A stretch of 64,000 nt of DNA from Podarcis bocagei (lineage: Eukaryota). The stretch is from the NCBI GenBank assembly GCA_964188305.1, contig OZ076885.1; one strand, given 5' to 3'. Every line of letters begins with the position of its first letter. The first letter of the stretch is position 1. The notes under the pieces are model-generated. The model searched no databases. It was not told the origin of the DNA and saw only the letters and a program-made list of their open reading frames with translations. The position numbers were made by a program, and so were the translations under genes. This document shows positions 60,320 through 64,000 of the stretch, piece after piece.

Positions 60320-63300
60320 CCTTACTGGGAAAATGGGCACAAAAAGTGAAAAACAATATTAGAGGATTGAAATTGCAGTCCCCAGCTAGATGCCCCAAGG
60401 GTAAGACAACCCAATTTACCTTTTGCAGTTCACCAGCAGCAACCATTGTAGATTAGGAATCAAGCCAACCACAAGGAAGAAAACTATTAAAGCTGCTCTC
60501 TTATAATCATTAATTATGAAGATATCATCATTCATGTTTATAATCTATGAAATGTCCCAGAGTAATTGATTTTTGTAGTTCGATGAATTTTAATGGCAGG
60601 ACTGCAAACAATGCTTGCAAAATAACTCACTTAGGGGGACAACTAGCAATGGCTCCAATCAGCCCAGGCTACTTTCAGCCTGAGAAACAGGACAGCTGCC
60701 TCCTCCTAGGTCTGCAGAAGTCAGTCTTCAGTCATATATCAATTGACAACATGCTCCAGTTGCTACAAAGAGTGAGTATAAGGGCAGCCAGGCCATAGCT
60801 ACTGACCAAGCGACTGTGGTGTGCTTCATGGGCACAGATAAACATTGTAAAAAGGCTAGTTTTACTGAAAATAGTATAGCAGAAATGCAGATTTATGCCT
60901 ACAAGAAAACTCTCACGGCTGCCAGTCAGGTCAAGTGGGTCAGGAGACTTTCTGTGCAACAGCAAAACTCAGGTTGGAATATTTCTTATAGTTTGAAGAC
61001 TAATGCAAAATATAGAATCAGGATTACTGGAGCAGACTTCTAAGCACTAGACTAGGTGTGTGGAACCTTTGGCCCTTCAGGTGTTGCTGAACTATAACTC
61101 CCATCAGCCCTGATCACTGGATACATGCTGGGGCTGATGGGAATTGTAGTTGAGCAGTATCTGGAGGACCAAAGGTTCCCCACAGTTGTGCTGGACTGCT
61201 ATGATGTTGGGCCTAAGGTTGCAAATATCATAGATGTGCATCTACCACCTTAATTATACAGCTTCTGGTTACGGAAGACACACGTATTTACCCTGACGTC
61301 TGACACTTGAGGTGTATATTTTCAGGAGCCAGCTTGTTACTGTTTTCAGTATTGTGTTTTAAGGTTGTAACCTGCCCTGGGATCTTAGGGTGAAGGGGAG
61401 GTCATTAATAACAATAACAACTACCTGGGAGGAAGATTCCATTTGGCTAAGGTTTTTTGTCTAATTTCTTGCTTGCTTATGAGACAGTTGCTAGAAATCA
61501 GGAGCAAAATTCTGACCCCACTTCCCTTCCCTCAGCAATGTCCCCCAACTTAGGTGTATAAACAGCCACTGAATTTGGCACTTTGCACACAGACTCGCTG
61601 CCTAAACCACTGATCTTCACTCCCTGCTTGTAATCAGTGGATTGGCCCAACTCATTTACCATGAGCCGAAGCTGCAGGTTAGAACTGGCTAGACAGCTCT
61701 GTGCCTTCCAGTGTCTCTATGTCAGGGCTCCCCCCCCCCACCAGGAACTTGGGGGAACTCAGTCCCGGCACCTCTCAGGTGAGCACCATTGCCATTCTAA
61801 GAGAACAAGGGAGGTGTTCATGGTGAGTTCCGGCACCTCTTTTCCTAGAAAAACAGCACTGCTCTATGTTCACTTTCTAAAAAAATCAGGCCTCCCCCAT
61901 TTGTGTCCTACGAAGCTAAATGTAACCCACTAGCCATGCCTTTGTGGCCTACCACAGTGCCTGGCTACCCCCTCACCCGCTCCTTGTAACTTCTCACCGC
62001 TTTGGTACCTCAACAAAAGCAATTTAGGTCCTTTAAACAAGGCACATGCAAACAACTTCTGCTAGTTTCACGTGAGTGTGTGATTCACACATGTGAAAAG
62101 GGAGGAAAGGCATCTTTCCTTCTCCATCCACCCCCCTCACAACTGGCAACTAGGCCTCTGGGCAATTTCCTACCAGCTCAGTGGGCCTACATATATACCA
62201 CTGTAGCTACATATATACCCACTGTACTGGGCCACAGGGCTGTCGATCTCAGCCTTGCATGTCATGTCATGGCCCCCTGCTTCACATCCGAAGGGTTTTT
62301 GCCTGGCTGGAATGTGTCCTCCAGTAATGCCTCTGGATAAATGGGGCAGAGGGGTGTATGAGGGTGTGTAGAAACCAGCCTCTTGTACCACTGGTACAAT
62401 GCGGGTGACAGTAGCAGAGCAGTGTGGTGATGTGGCAATTGGCAACTGTTGGCCTTGGCTCTCACCCATACTCCCCCCTGTGGCCCTGTTTCCTGACCTG
62501 TACCAGATTTTCCCTCACTCCATCAAATCACAAAATTGCAATCCCATTTGTGTGAGATCTCATTTCGGCTCTTCTTGTTGTCTCTGTTTTCCTCCCTGAT
62601 GGATGTGGTGTCAGAAGGATGCTCTTTGTATCTAACCATAGAAAGAATCATCAGGGAAAACTGTAAGAAGCCATGTCTGTGTGAGAGAAATATTGATGAA
62701 CAGGACGTTGTGGGGTGGAGTGCTAATTAAATAGAAGTTATGTCATCTGCTAGCTGTCAGGATCTAATTGAATTAGAATTGAGGAGGTGAGATTAAAAGG
62801 CAGATAATACGAAAGCAGCATGGCTTGGCTAGGTAAAGAGAGAGAGAGAGAGAACTTACAAAATCCTATTTCTAAGTTCTTCTTTGGAATAGGAGAGTGA
62901 ATGCCCTCTCACTTGACAGATTCAGTCTAAAAGCCCTGTAAGATGTGCAGCAAGGGAAGAGGCTTGTGAAGGAAAACCAGGCCCCATAATAATTTGGCAT
63001 GCAGATGCAAACTGACATAGGGATGGAGGAGAAATTCAATTCAGTTTGCATTTCAAGGTGAACCTAGCTAATCTGTACTTTCAGAAACAAAACACGGCCA
63101 TCATTCCAAATTTGGAACACAGTTACCCAGCCAAGTAATGTGTGCAAAACTACATAACTTGATGTAAAGGGTGCATAAAAATGCATATATTTGTGAAAAT
63201 GTTTGGTTTTGGTAAAAGGAAAATAGTAGTGGTATAATAAAAGGAAAAATTCCCTGGGTGCCTAGATCCAGGTTTGGGGCAAGTATTCTTTGGTGAGAGA

Positions 63301-64000
63301 GCCTCGGTAGAGATTTAAAATCACAAAACAAGCAGCAATATAAAGCATGGAAATGTTAGACTTTTAAAACATCCCCTTCTAAGTTGCTTTCAAAAATTCC
63401 CACTTCCCTTAGCATAGAACCATAAATAGTTTACTTACAAATTATTCACAGGTCATATTAATATGCTTTTCCATACAGCAGCAAAAAAAGACAAGTAGTT
63501 TAACTTAGTTTCAAAATGGTAAATGTTTCTAAATTAGATGGCTTGCTAAAGCCACACAGTCTAAGCTTGGAGCATCCAACTTAGACATCCTTACTGGTTC
63601 ACATGGTGGAAAAACTTCGAACAAAGAGTTTGGTAACCATTTCTCCCAAGGTGAGAGGGTGTGACCTAGCTAAGCCTAGCAGGGCATCTTACTATATGGT
63701 CTTAACCTCTTCATGCACGAATTAGAGTTAAGCATGTTGGCTATATGAGACTGAATATATCCCACAAAAATAACATTTTTTAAAACTCATCAGATTAGGG
63801 AAGACTGCTTTTCAAAAATGTGTAGATTAGGCAAAATTGCATATAAGCATGTGTATATTAGGAAACAAATCATGCTAAAATGCTGGTGAATTTCCATAAG
63901 GACTTTAAAACAAGCAAACAAACTTAAGAATGAAAAAAATGAGGAAACTGAGAGAAACTGGCAAGTACATTGTCAGAGCCAGCCCAAGGTGTTTTTGCTA

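Overview
Vertebrate (squamate, most likely lacertid lizard) genomic DNA, judged from Sauria SINEs, Squam3-like tRNA SINEs and a BovB fragment. The + strand carries the last 17 coding exons (human-equivalent exons 6-22) of the proton-coupled peptide transporter SLC15A2/PEPT2, from 6775 to the stop at 42553. All introns are GT-AG and the spliced frame is open for 550 aa. About 3.2 kb downstream lies a full-length, apparently intact L1 retrotransposon (45765-52498) with a perfect 15-bp target-site duplication (TSD), a ~1.64-kb CpG-rich 5'UTR, ORF1 and ORF2. The rest is intronic or intergenic repeat debris (Sauria SINE, Squam3, BovB, CR1, L2, RTE-X-like, hAT and Tc2 MITEs, microsatellites). The most notable observations are four. 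(1) The L1 ORF2 has no usable AUG; a CUG in strong Kozak context sits exactly where the start is expected. (2) One Sauria SINE is flanked by a 124-bp TSD. (3) Inverted Sauria SINEs bracket a frame-symmetric PEPT2 exon. (4) PEPT2 has changed the GLEF motif and the C-terminal PDZ ligand. I see no evidence of a wholly new multi-gene system. Repeat family names come from recalled consensus features, not from a database search, and boundaries of old repeats are approximate.
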